From the NCBI GenBank assembly GCA_964247055.1, contig OZ176054.1, forward strand, positions 930,001-994,000: 64,000 nt of DNA, written 5' to 3'. Of this stretch, positions 1 through 11,760 are shown in pieces. The position numbers were made by a program, and so were the translations under genes. The DNA is from Paragordius varius. Lineage: Eukaryota; Animalia; Nematomorpha. The first letter of the stretch is position 1, and the number at the start of each line of letters is the position of its first letter. A model generated the notes under the pieces. That model was not told where the DNA came from, searched no databases, and saw only the letters and a list, made by a program, of their open reading frames with translations.

Positions 1-55
1 CTTTAAAAATTAATGTATAGAACTAGTCGCGTTAAACTTTGTCCTAAAAATTCGT

Positions 56-79
56 ATATTGATCACCGGTGAACAAAAT
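56..79. other. 24-bp imperfect dyad with perfect 10-bp core TCACCGGTGA (contains AgeI/SgrAI site); present in most monomers
   Basis: ATATTGATCACC|GGTGAACAAAAT pairs at 10 of 12 positions; the core at 63-72 is its own reverse complement. Confidence 0.95.
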
Positions 80-126
80 TATTTTTTATACATTCTCTTA
101 GTAAGACTACAACAAAATATAGAGAT

Positions 127-139
127 AGTTTGACAAACT
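127..139. other. 13-bp odd palindrome AGTTTG-A-CAAACT; present in most monomers
   Basis: Direct reading; the 6-bp arms are exact reverse complements. Confidence 0.95.
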
Positions 140-355
140 CTTTCATATCCGATTTTTACAACGATACTTTAAAAATTAATGTATAAAACTAGTCCCATCA
201 ATACTCAAGTTTAACTTTGTCCTTAAAAATCGGATATTGGTCACCGTTGAACAAAATTATTTTTTATACATTCTCTTAGTAAGACTACAACAAAATATAG
301 AGATAGTTTGACAAACTCTTTCATATCCGATTTTTACAACGATACTTTAAAAATT

Positions 356-450
356 AATGTATAAAACTAGTCCCATCAATACTCAAGTTTAACTTTGTCC
401 TTAAAAATCGGATATTGGTCACCGTTGAACAAAATTATTTTTTATACATT
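356..450. other. 11-bp inverted repeat pair AATGTATAAAA (356-366) / TTTTATACATT (440-450)
   Basis: Direct reading; one mismatch in monomers with GTATAGAA heads. Confidence 0.9.
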
Positions 451-514
451 CTCTTATTAAGACTACATCAAAATATAGAGATAGTTTGACAAACTCTTTC
501 ATATCCGATTTTTA
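402..514. other. 14-bp perfect inverted repeat pair TAAAAATCGGATAT (402-415) / ATATCCGATTTTTA (501-514), perfect in L monomers
   Basis: Direct reading. S monomers alter the left arm to TAAAAATTCGTATAT, TAAAAATTCGGATAT or TAAAAATTGGGATAT. Confidence 0.95.
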
Positions 515-688
515 CAACGATACTTTAAAAATTAATGTATAGAACTAGTCGCGTTAAACTTTGTCCTAAAAATTCGTATATTGATCACCGGTGAACAAAA
601 TTATTTTTTATACATTCTCTTAGTAAGACTACAACAAAATATAGAGATAGTTTGACAAACTCTTTCATATCCGATTTTTACAACGATA

Positions 689-866
689 CTTTAAAAATTC
701 ATGTATAAAACTAGTCGCATCAATACTCAAGTTAAACTTTGTCCTTAAAAATCGGATATTGGTCGCCGGTGAACAAAACTATTTTTTATACATTCTCTTA
801 GTAAGACTACATCAAAATATAGAGATAGTTTGACAAACTCTTTCATATCCGATTTTTACAACGATA
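689..866 (+). repeat. Representative long (L) monomer, 178 bp
   Basis: Has ACTAGTCGC-ATCAATACTCAA-GTTAAAC, GTCCTTAAAAATCGGATATTGGTC and usually TACATC in the tail. Confidence 0.97.
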
Positions 867-3800
867 CTTTAAAAATCAATGTATAAAACTAGTCGCGTTA
901 AACTTTGTCCTAAAAATTGGGATATTGATTACCGGTGAACAAAATTATTTTTTATACATTCTCTTAGTAAGACTACAATAAAGTATAGAGATAGTTTGAC
1001 AAACTCTTTCATATCCGATTTTTACAACGATACTTTAAATTAATGTATAAAACTAGTCGCATCAATACTCAAGTTAATCTTTGTCCTTAAAAATCGGATA
1101 TTGGTCACCGGTGAACAAAATTATTTTTTATACATTCTCTTATTAAGACTACATCAAAATATAGAGATAGTTTGACAAACTCTTTCATATCCGATTTTTA
1201 CAACGATACTTTAAAAATTAATGTATAGAACTAGTCGCGTTAAACTTTGTCCTAAAAATTCGTATATTGATCACCGGTGAACAAAATTATTTTTTATACA
1301 TTCTCTTAGTAAGACTACAATAAAGTATAGAGATAGTTTGACAAACTCTTTCATCCGATTTTTACAACGATACTTTAAAAATTAATGTATAAAACTAGTC
1401 GCATCAATACTCAAGTTAAACTTTGTCCTTAAAAATCGGATATTGGTCACCGGTGAACAAAACTATTTTTTATACATTCTCTTAGTAAGACTACATCAAA
1501 ATATAGAGATAGTTTATCAAACTCTTTCATATCCGATTTTTACAACGATACTTTAAAAATTAATGTATAGAACTAGTCGCGTTAAACTTTGTCCTAAAAA
1601 TTCGTATATTGATCACCGGTGAACAAAATTATTTTTTATACATTCTCTTAGTAAGACTACAACAAAATATAGAGATAGTTTGACAAACTCTTTCATATCC
1701 GATTTTTACAACGATACTTTAAAAATTAATGTATAAAACTAGTCGCATCAATACTCAAGTTAAACTTTGTCCTTAAAAATCGGATATTGGTCGCCGGTGA
1801 ACAAAACTATTTTTTATACATTCTCTTAGTAAGACTACATCAAAATATAGAGATAGTTTGACAAATCTTTCATATCCGATTTTTACAACGATACTTTAAA
1901 AATTAATGTATAAAACTAGTCGCGTTAAACTTTGTCCTAAAAATTCGGATATTGATCACCGGTGAACAAAATTATTTTTTATACATTCTCTTATTAAGAC
2001 TACATCAAAATATAGAGATAGTTTGACAAACTCTTTCATATCCGATTTTTACAACGATACTTTTAAAATTAATATATTAAACTAGTCGCATCAATACTCA
2101 AGTTAAACTTTGTCCTTAAAAATCGGATATTGGTCACCGGTGAACAAAACTATTTTTTATACGTTCTCTTAGTAAGACTACATCAAAATATAGAGATAGT
2201 TTGACAAACTCTTTCATATCCGATTTTTACAACGATATTTTAAAAATTAATGTATAAAACTAGTCGCATCAATACTCAAGTTTTTGTCCTTAAAAATCGG
2301 ATATTGGTCACCGGTGAACAAAATTATGTTTTATACATTCTCTTAGTAAGACTACATCAAAATATAGAGATAGTTTGACAAACTCTTTCATATCCGATTT
2401 TTACAACGATACTTTAAAAATTAATGTATAAAACTAGTCGCGTTAAACTTTGTCCTAAAAATTCGGATATTGATCACCGGTGAACAAAATTATTTTTTAT
2501 ACATTCTCTTAGTAAGACTACAACAAAATATAGAGATAGTTGAACAAACTCTTTCATATCCGATTTTTACAACGATACTTTAAATATTAATGTATAAAAC
2601 TAGTCGCATCAATACTCAAGTTAAACTTTGTCCTTAAAAATCGGATATTGGTCGCCGGTGAACAAAACTATTTTTTATACGTTCTCTTAGTAAGACTACA
2701 TCAAAATATAGAGATAGTTTGACAAACTCTTTCATATCCGATTTTTACAACGATACTTTAAAAATTAATGTATAAAACTAGTCGCGTTAAACTTTGTCCT
2801 AAAAATTGGGATATTGATCACCGGTGAACAAAATTATTTTTTATACATTCTCTTAGTAAGACTACAACAAAGTATAGAGATAGTTTGACAAACTCTTTCA
2901 TATCCGATTTTTACAACGATACTTTAAATTAATGTATAAAACTAGTCGCATCAATACTCAACTTAATCTTTGTCCTTAAAAATCGGATATTGGTCACCAG
3001 TGAACAAAATTATTTTTTACAACATTCTCTTAGTAGGACTACATCAAAATATAGAGATAGTTTGACAAACTCTTTCATATCCGATTTTTACAACGATACT
3101 TTAAAAATTTATATTAAACTAGTCGCATCAATACTCAAGTTAAACTTTGTCCTTAAAAATCGGATATTGGTCACCGGAAAACAAAACTATTTTTTATACA
3201 TTCTCTTAGTAAGACTACATCAAAATATAGAGATAGTTTGACAAACTCTTTCATATCCGATTTTTACAACGATACTTTAAAAATTAATGTATAGAACTAG
3301 TCGCGTTAAACTTTGTCCTAAAAATTCGTATAGTGATCACCGGTGAACAAAATTATTTTTTATACATTCTCTTAGTAAGACTACAACAAAATATAGAGAT
3401 AGTTTGACAAACTCTTTCATATCCGATTTTTACAACGATACTTTAAAATTAATGTATAAAACTAGTCGCATCAATACTCAAGTTAAACTTTGTCCTTAAA
3501 AATCGGATATTGGTAACCGGTGAACAAAACTATTTTTTATACATTCTCTTAGTAAGACTACATCAAAATATAGAGATAGTTTGACAAACTCTTTCATATC
3601 CGATTTTTACAACGATACTTTAAAAATTAATGTATAGAACTAGTCGCGTTATACTTTGTCCTAAAAATTCGTATATTGATCACCGGTAAACAAAATTATT
3701 TTTTATACATTATCTTAGTAAGACTACAACAAAATATAGAGATAGTTTGACAAACTCTTTCATATCCGATTTTTACAACGATACTTTAAAAATTAATGTA

Positions 3801-4305
3801 TAAAACTAGTCCCATCAATACTCAAGTTTAACTTTGTCCTTAAAAATCGGATATTGGTCACCGGTGAACAAAATTATTTTTTATACATTCTCTTATTAAG
3901 ACTACATCAAAATATAGAGATAGTTTGACAAACTCTTTCATATCCGATTTTTACAACGATACTTTTAAAATTAATATATTAAACTAGTCGCATCAATACT
4001 CAAGTTAAACTTTGTCCTTAAAAATCGGATATTGGTCACCGGTGAACAAAACTATTTTTTATACATTCTCTTAGTAAGACTACATCAAAATATAGAGATA
4101 GTTTGACAAACTCTTTCATATCCGATTTTTACAACGATACTTTAAAAATTAATGTATAGAACTAGTCGCGTTAAACTTTGTCCTAAAAATTCGTATAGTG
4201 ATCACCGGTGAACAAAATTATTTTTTATACATTCTCTTAGTAAGACTACAACAAAATATAGAGATAGTTTGACAAACTCTTTCATATCCGATTTTTACAA
4301 CGATA

Positions 4306-6715
4306 CTTTAAAATTAATGTATAAAACTAGTCGCATCAATACTCAAGTTAATCTTTGTCCTTAAAAATCGGATATTGGTCACCGGTGAACAAAATTATTT
4401 TTTATACATTCTCTTATTAAGACTACATCAAAATATAGAGATAGTTTGACAAACTCTTTCATATCCGATTTTTACAACGATACTTTAAAAATTAATGTAT
4501 AGAACTAGTCGCGTTAAACTTTGTCCTAAAAATTCGTATATTGATCACCGGTGAACAAAATTATTTTTTATACATTCTCTTAGTAAGACTACAATAAAGT
4601 ATAGAGATAGTTTGACAAACTCTTTCATCCGATTTTTACAACGATACTTTAAAAATTAATGTATAAAACTAGTCGCATCAATACTCAAGTTAAACTTTGT
4701 CCTTAAAAATCGGATATTGGTCACCGGTGAACAAAACTATTTTTTATACATTCTCTTAGTAAGACTACATCAAAATATAGAGATAGTTTGACAAACTCTT
4801 TCATATCCGATTTTTACAACGATACTTTAAAAATTAATGTATAGAACTAGTCGCGTTAAACTTTGTCCTAAAAATTCGTATATTGATCACCGGTGAACAA
4901 AATTATTTTTTATACATTCTCTTAGTAAGACTACAACAAAATATAGAGATAGTTTGACAAACTCTTTCATATCCGATTTTTACAACGATACTTTAAAAAT
5001 TAATGTATAAAACTAGTCCCATCAATACTCAAGTTTAACTTTGTCCTTAAAAATCGGATATTGGTCACCGGTGAACAAAATTATTTTTTATACATTCTCT
5101 TATTAAGACTACATCAAAATAGAGATAGTTTGACAAACTCTTTCATATCCGATTTTTACAACGATACTTTTAAAATTAATATATTAAACTAGTCGCATCA
5201 ATACTCAAGTTAAACTTTGTCCTTAAAAATCGGATATTGGTCACCGGTGAACAAAACTAATTTTTATACATTCTCTTAGTAAGACTACATCAAAATATAG
5301 AGATAGTTTGACAAATTCTTTCATATCCAATTTTTACAACGATACTTAAAATTAATGTATAGAACTAGTCGCGTTATACTTTGTCCTAAAAATTCGTATA
5401 TTGATCACCGGTGAACAAAATTATTTTTTATACATTCTCTTAGTAAGACTACAACAAAATATAGAGATAGTTTGACAAACTCTTTCATATCCGATTTTTA
5501 CAACGATACTTTAAAATTAATGTATAAAACTAGTCGCATCAATACTCAAGTTAATCTTTGTCCTTAAAAATCGGATATTGGTCACCGGTGAACAAAATTA
5601 TTTTTTATACATTCTCTTATTAAGACTACATCAAAATATAGAGATAGTTTGACAAACTCTTTCATATCCGATTTTTACAACGATACTTTAAAAATTAATG
5701 TATAGAACTAGTCGCGTTAAACTTTGTCCTAAAAATTCGTATATTGATCACCGGTGAACAAAATTATTTTTTATACATTCTCTTAGTAAGACTACAATAA
5801 AGTATAGAGATAGTTTGACAAACTCTTTCATCCGATTTTTACAACGATACTTTAAAAATTAATGTATAAAACTAGTCGCATCAATACTCAAGTTAAACTT
5901 TGTCCTTAAAAATCGGATATTGGTCACCGGTGAACAAAACTATTTTTTATACATTCTCTTAGTAAGACTACATCAAAATATAGAGATAGTTTGACAAACT
6001 CTTTCATATCCGATTTTTACAACGATACTTTAAAAATTAATGTATAGAACTAGTCGCGTTAAACTTTGTCCTAAAAATTCGTATATTGATCACCGGTGAA
6101 CAAAATTATTTTTTATACATTCTCTTAGTAAGACTACAACAAAATATAGAGATAGTTTGACAAACTCTTTCATATCCGATTTTTACAACGATACTTTAAA
6201 AATTAATGTATAAAACTAGTCCCATCAATACTCAAGTTTAACTTTGTCCTTAAAAATCGGATATTGGTCACCGGTGAACAAAATTATTTTTTATACATTC
6301 TCTTATTAAGACTACATCAAAATATAGAGATAGTTTGACAAACTCTTTCATATCCGATTTTTACAACGATACTTTTAAAATTAATATATTAAACTAGTCG
6401 CATCAATACTCAAGTTAAACTTTGTCCTTAAAAATCGGATATTGGTCACCGGTGAACAAAACTAATTTTTATACATTCTCTTAGTAAGACTACATCAAAA
6501 TATAGAGATAGTTTGACAAATTCTTTCATATCCAATTTTTACAACGATACTTAAAAAATTAATGTATAGAACTAGTCGCGTTATACTTTGTCCTAAAAAT
6601 TCGTATATTGATCACCGGTGAACAAAATTATTTTTTATACATTCTCTTAGTAAGACTACAACAAAATATAGAGATAGTTTGACAAACTCTTTCATATCCG
6701 ATTTTTACAACGATA
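4306..6715. repeat. 7-monomer HOR, about 1203-1207 bp, 2 copies
   Basis: Markers recur at +1203: GTTAATCTTT (ATC at 4351/5554), CTCTTTCATCCGA (4621/5824), GTCCCATC (CCC at 5018/6221). The first copy carries small private deletions near 5117 and 5346. Confidence 0.85.
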
Positions 6716-9700
6716 CTTTAAAAATTAATGTATAGAACTAGTCGCGTTAAACTTTGTCCTAAAAATTCGTATATTGATCACCGGTGAACAAAATTATTTT
6801 TTATACATTCTCTTAGTAAGACTACAACAAAATATAGAGATAGTTTGACAAACTCTTTCATATCCGATTTTTACAACGATACTTTAAAAATTCATGTATA
6901 AAACTAGTCGCATCAATACTCAAGTTAAACTTTGTCCTTAAAAATCGGATATTGGTCGCCGGTGAACAAAACTATTTTTTATACATTCTCTTAGTAAGAC
7001 TACATCAAAATATAGAGATAGTTTGACAAACTCTTTCATATCCGATTTTTACAACGATACTTTAAAAATCAATGTATAAAACTAGTCGCGTTAAACTTTG
7101 TCCTAAAAATTGGGATATTGATTACCGGTGAACAAAATTATTTTTTATACATTCTCTTAGTAAGACTACAATAAAGTATAGAGATAGTTTGACAAACTCT
7201 TTCATATCCGATTTTTACAACGATACTTTAAATTAATGTATAAAACTAGTCGCATCAATACTCAAGTTAATCTTTGTCCTTAAAAATCGGATATTGGTCA
7301 CCGGTGAACAAAACTATTTTTTATACATTCTCTTATTAAGACTACATCAAAATATAGAGATAGTTTGACAAACTCTTTCATATCCGATTTTTACAACGAT
7401 ACTTTAAAAATTAATGTATAGAACTAGTCGCGTTAAACTTTGTCCTAAAAATTCGTATATTGATCACCGGTGAACAAAATTATTTTTTATACATTCTCTT
7501 AGTAAGACTACAATAAAGTATAGAGATAGTTTGACAAACTCTTTCATCCGATTTTTACAACGATACTTTAAAAATTAATGTATAAAACTAGTCGCATCAA
7601 TACTCAAGTTAAACTTTGTCCTTAAAAATCGGATATTGGTCACCGGTGAACAAAACTATTTTTTATACATTCTCTTAGTAAGACTACATCAAAATATAGA
7701 GATAGTTTATCAAACTCTTTCATATCCGATTTTTACAACGATACTTTAAAAATTTATGTATAGAACTAGTCGCGTTAAACTTTGTCCTAAAAATTCGTAT
7801 ATTGATCACCGGTGAACAAAATTATTTTTTATACATTCTCTTAGTAAGACTACAACAAAATATAGAGATAGTTTGACAAACTCTTTCATATCCGATTTTT
7901 ACAACGATACTTTAAAAATTAATGTATAAAACTAGTCGCATCAATACTCAAGTTAAACTTTGTCCTTAAAAATCGGATATTGGTCGCCGGTGAACAAAAC
8001 TATTTTTTATACATTCTCTTATTAAGACTACATCAAAATATAGAGATAGTTTGACAAACTCTTTCATATCCGATTTTTACAACGATACTTTAAAAATTAA
8101 TGTATAGAACTAGTCGCCTTAAACTTTGTCCTAAAAATTCGTATAGTGATCACCGGTGAACAAAATTATTTTTTATACATTCTCTTAGTAAGACTACAAC
8201 AAAATATAGAGATAGTTTGACAAACTCTTTCATATCCGATTTTTACAACGATACGTTAAAATTAATGTATAAAACTAGTCGCATCAATACTCAAGTTTTT
8301 GTCCTTAAAAATCGGATATTGGTCACCGGTGAACAAAATTATTTTTACAACATTCTCTTAGTAGGACTACATCAAAATATAGAGATAGTTTGACAAACTC
8401 TTTCATATCCGATTTTTACAACGATAATTTAAAAAATATATAAAACTAGTCGCATCAATACTCAAGTAAAACTTTGTCCTTAAAAATCGGATATTGGTTG
8501 CCGGTAAAGAAAATTATTTTTTATCATTCTCTTAGTAGGACTACATCATAATATAGAGATAGTTTGACAAACTCTTTCATATCCGATTTTTACAACGATA
8601 CTTTAAAAATTAATGTATAAAACTAGTCGCATCAATACTCAAGTTAAATTTTGTCCTTAAAAATCGGATATTGGTCACCGGTGAACAAAATTATTTTTTA
8701 TACATTCTCTTATTAAGACTACATCAAAATATAGAGATAGTTTGACAAACTCTTTCATATCCGATTTTTACAACGATACTTTAAAAATTAATATATTAAA
8801 CTAGTCGCATCAATACTCAAGTTAAACTTTGTCCTTAAAAATCGGATATTGGTCACCGGTGAACAAAACTAATTTTTATACATTCTCTTAGTAAGACTAC
8901 ATCAAAATATAGAGATAGTTTGACAAATTCTTTCATATCCAATTTTTACAACGATACTTTAAAAATTAATGTATAGAACTAGTCGCGTTATACTTTGTCC
9001 TAAAAATTCGTATATTGATCACCGGTGAACAAAATTATTTTTTATACATTCTCTTAGTAAGACTACAACAAAATATAGAGATAGTTTGACAAACTCTTTC
9101 ATATCCGATTTTTACAACGATACTTTAAAAATTAATGTATAAAACTAGTCGCATCAATACTCAAGTTAAACTTTGTCCTTAAAAATCGGATATTGGTCGC
9201 CGGTGAACAAAACTATTTTTTATACATTCTCTTAGTAAGACTACATCAAAATATAGAGATAGTTTGACAAACTCTTTCATATCCGATTTTTACAACGATA
9301 CTTTAAAAATTAATGTATAGAACTAGTCGCGTTAAACTTTGTCCTAAAAATTCGTATATTGATCACCGGTGAACAAAATTATTTTTTATACATTCTCTTA
9401 GTAAGACTACAACAAAATATAGAGATAGTTTGACAAACTCTTTCATATCCGATTTTTACAACGATACTTTAAAAATTAATGTATAAAACTAGTCGCATCA
9501 ATACTCAAGTTAAACTTTGTCCTTAAAAATCGGATATTGGTCGCCGGTGAACAAAACTATTTTTTATACATTCTCTTAGTAAGACTACATCAAAATATAG
9601 AGATAGTTTGACAAACTCTTTCATATCCGATTTTTACAACGATACTTTAAAAATTAATGTATAAAACTAGTCGCGTTAAACTTTGTCCTAAAAATTCGGA

Positions 9701-11760
9701 TATTGATCACCGGTGAACAAAATTATTTGTTATACATTCTCTTAGTAAGACTACAACAAAATATAGAGATAGTTGAACAAACTCTTTCATATCCGATTTT
9801 TACAACGATACTTTAAATATTAATGTATAAAACTAGTCGCATCAATACTCAAGTTAAACTTTGTCCTTAAAAATCGGATATTGGTCGCCGGTGAACAAAA
9901 CTATTTTTTATACGTTCTCTTAGTAAGACTACATCAAAATATAGAGATAGTTTGACAAACTCTTTCATATCCGATTTTTACAACGATACTTTAAAAATTA
10001 ATGTATAAAACTAGTCGCGTTAAACTTTGTCCTAAAAATTGGGATATTGATCACCGGTGAACAAAATTATTTTTTATACATTCTCTTAGTAAGACTACAA
10101 CAAAATATAGAGATAGTTGAACAAACTCTTTCATATCCGATTTTTACAACGATACTTTAAATATTAATATATTAAACTAGTCGCATCAATACTCAAGTTA
10201 AACTTTGTCCTTAAAAATCGGATATTGGTCACCGGTGAACAAAACTAATTTTTATACATTCTCTTAGTAAGACTACATCAAAATATAGAGATAGTTTGAC
10301 AAATTCTTTCATATCCAATTTTTACAACGATACTTAAAAAATTAATGTATAGAACTAGTCGCGTTATACTTTGTCCTAAAAATTCGTATATTGATCACCG
10401 GTGAACAAAATTATTTTTTATACATTCTCTTAGTAAGACTACAACAAAATATAGAGATAGTTTGACAAACTCTTTCATATCCGATTTTTACAACGATACT
10501 TTAAAAATTAATGTATAGAACTAGTCGCGTTAAACTTTGTCCTAAAAATTCGTATATTGATCACCGGTGAACAAAATTATTTTTTATACATTCTCTTAGT
10601 AAGACTACAACAAAATATAGAGATAGTTTGACAAACTCTTTCATATCCGATTTTTACAACGATACTTTAAAAATTCATGTATAAAACTAGTCGCATCAAT
10701 ACTCAAGTTAAACTTTGTCCTTACAAATCGGATATTGGTCGCCGGTGAACAAAACTATTTTTTATACATTCTCTTAGTAAGACTACATCAAAATATAGAG
10801 AGAGTTTGACAAACTCTTTCATATCCGATTTTTACAACGATACTTTAAAAATCAATGTATAAAACTAGTCGCGTTAAACTTTGTCCTAAAAATTGGGATA
10901 TTGATTACCGGTGAACAAAATTATTTTTTATACATTCTCTTAGTAAGACTACAATAAAGTATAGAGATAGTTTGACAAACTCTTTCATATCCGATTTTTA
11001 CAACGATACTTTAAATTAATGTATAAAACTAGTCGCATCAATACTCAAGTTAATCTTTGTCCTTAAAAATCGGATATTGGTCACCGGTGAACAAAACTAT
11101 TTTTTATACATTCTCTTATTAAGACTACATCAAAATATAGAGATAGTTTGACAAACTCTTTCATATCCGATTTTTACAACGATACTTTAAATAATGTATA
11201 GAACTAGTCGCGTTAAACTTTGTCCTAAAAATTCGTATATTGATCACCGGTGAACAAAATTATTTTTTATACATTCTCTTAGTAAGACTACAATAAAGTA
11301 TAGAGATAGTTTGACAAACTCTTTCATCCGATTTTTACAACGATACTTTAAAAATTAATGTATAAAACTAGTCGCATCAATACTCAAGTTAAACTTTGTC
11401 CTTAAAAATCGGATATTGGTCACCGGTGAACAAAACTATTTTTTATACATTCTCTTAGTAAGACTACATCAAAATATAGAGATAGTTTATCAAACTCTTT
11501 CATATCCGATTTTTACAACGATACTTTAAAAATTTATGTATAGAACTAGTCGCGTTAAACTTTGTCCTAAAAATTCGTATATTGATCACCGGTGAACAAA
11601 ATTATTTTTTATACATTCTCTTAGTAAGACTACAACAAAATATAGAGATAGTTTGACAAACTCTTTCATATCCGATTTTTACAACGATACTTTAAAAATT
11701 AATGTATAAAACTAGTCGCATCAATACTCAAGTTAAACTTTGTCCTTAAAAATCGGATAT
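6372..11760. repeat. Block duplication, about 1.6 kb at 6372-7980 repeated at about 10155-11760 (offset 3783)
   Basis: TACTTAAAAAATT at 6550/10333 and AATTGGGATATTGATTACC at 7112/10895 share the 3783 offset, with the same monomer order. Confidence 0.8.

Larger units (their letters stand above)
1..166 (+). repeat. Representative short (S) monomer, 166 bp
   Basis: Has ACTAGTCGC-GTTAAAC (no 12-bp block), GTCCTAAAAATTCGTATATTGATC and usually TACAAC in the tail. Confidence 0.97.

Noticed and set aside
51-72. CENP-B box-like TTCGTATATTGATCACCGG in S monomers
   Set aside because: Does not fit TTCG-N4-A-N2-CGGG: the A and the CGGG are missing at the required spacing.
1-166. Helically phased A-tracts implying strong curvature
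   Set aside because: Tracts are present (about 5, 46, 75, 82, 114, 153), but the spacings are not a clean 10-11-bp multiple series; a curvature calculation is needed before making any claim.
120-170. Transcription-factor motifs AGATAG (GATA-like) and CGATA (BEAF-32-like) once per monomer
   Set aside because: Short motifs expected by chance in AT-rich DNA; no supporting context.
1-344. Assignment to a named family (Arabidopsis CEN178, primate alpha satellite, Drosophila 1.688, or 166-bp beetle/oyster satellites recalled from memory)
   Set aside because: The sequence does not resemble CEN178 or alpha satellite as I know them. For the others only length and AT content are suggestive, and I cannot verify similarity without BLAST.
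2990-3241. 83-aa ORF MVTSEQNYF...
   Set aside because: Translation of about 1.5 satellite monomers (internally repeated ..EQNYFL..). It is open only because local variants remove stops, and there is no recognisable domain or gene context.
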